Source: Antedon mediterranea
Taxonomy: Eukaryota > Animalia > Echinodermata
Length of the DNA stretch: 64,000 nt
Assembly (NCBI RefSeq): GCF_964355755.1
Contig: NC_092673.1
Location: forward strand, 10,354,001 to 10,418,000
Direction: 5' to 3'
In this document: one piece after another, positions 63,517 to 64,000 of the stretch
How the letters are laid out: each line of letters opens with the position of its first letter
Position numbering within the stretch: the stretch's first letter is position 1
Made by a program: the position numbers and the translations under genes
The notes under the pieces: model-generated
Databases searched by the model: none
Seen by the model: the letters and a program-made list of their open reading frames with translations, nothing else
What the model was told of the DNA's origin: nothing

Positions 63517-64000
63517 TAGCCGAGCCTACTCAAGCGTGGGACAAAACGTTTTAACATTTAAATTAGAAGGCGGGGTTGTTATTGGAAACTCGAAGATTGA
63601 CCGTTATAGGCCTACGATCAAACAGCGCGCGAATGTCATTTTACAACCTCCTCTACACCGGTGCCAACAAATTGTTAATAGGTAAAGGAAATTAATTTAT
63701 CTACCGTGAGTAAAAGCAAACTATTTGAGCAACAGTCTAATATGGAACTTGAATACTTTGCGTCGAGTATAAGTACAGTTTATACTGACGTATAACAATA
63801 TTATTGTACACTTAAAATTAATTCCGATTCAGAAAAACGGAACACGTAGCCCTATATGCCTAACAATTTTGGTAATAAATATTAAAGATGGTTGAAGATT
63901 TATATCGATACCGATAATATTGATTACAAAAATGACAACACTATTTAAGATAACATCTGATAAGTTGAGTAGTAATGAAATGATTTTAGTTAATACATTT

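Noticed and set aside
63473-64000. ORF 63473..63685 and terminal unique sequence as a host gene
   Set aside because: Short, begins inside the 20-mer repeat with a non-ATG start, and shows no recognisable domain.

Overview
Eukaryotic (probably invertebrate animal) repeat-rich DNA with no host genes. Almost the whole window (1..~62763) is one giant fold-back structure. It runs: (GCTGATCTA(TC)n) minisatellite, then ~13.7 kb of an 86-87 bp satellite on the + strand, a single symmetry centre at 14893 (AATAGCTT-A-AAGCTATT), ~34 kb of the same satellite on the - strand, and the reverse-complement minisatellite. The two outer minisatellite/satellite junctions mirror each other in exactly the same register. 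This suggests a satellite that expanded inside the arms of a non-autonomous fold-back DNA transposon, not a random inversion. Two retroelements sit in the right arm. (i) A very young 8.3 kb Ty3/Gypsy LTR element (15444..23741) has apparently identical 586 bp LTRs, a TCAA TSD, a G_GAT_TTT -1 frameshift with hairpin, an atypical HHDD RT motif and a 1-nt frameshift in pol. (ii) A 5.0 kb tyrosine-recombinase retrotransposon with split direct repeats (Ngaro/PAT-like, 36661..41649) integrated through an AAT core, has lost its RT, but keeps an intact YR and a hairpin-rich leader array. The last 1.2 kb holds a candidate terminal sequence and a small 20-bp palindromic array that also switches orientation. 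All short ORFs in the satellite are artefacts of the 87 bp (29-codon) monomer.
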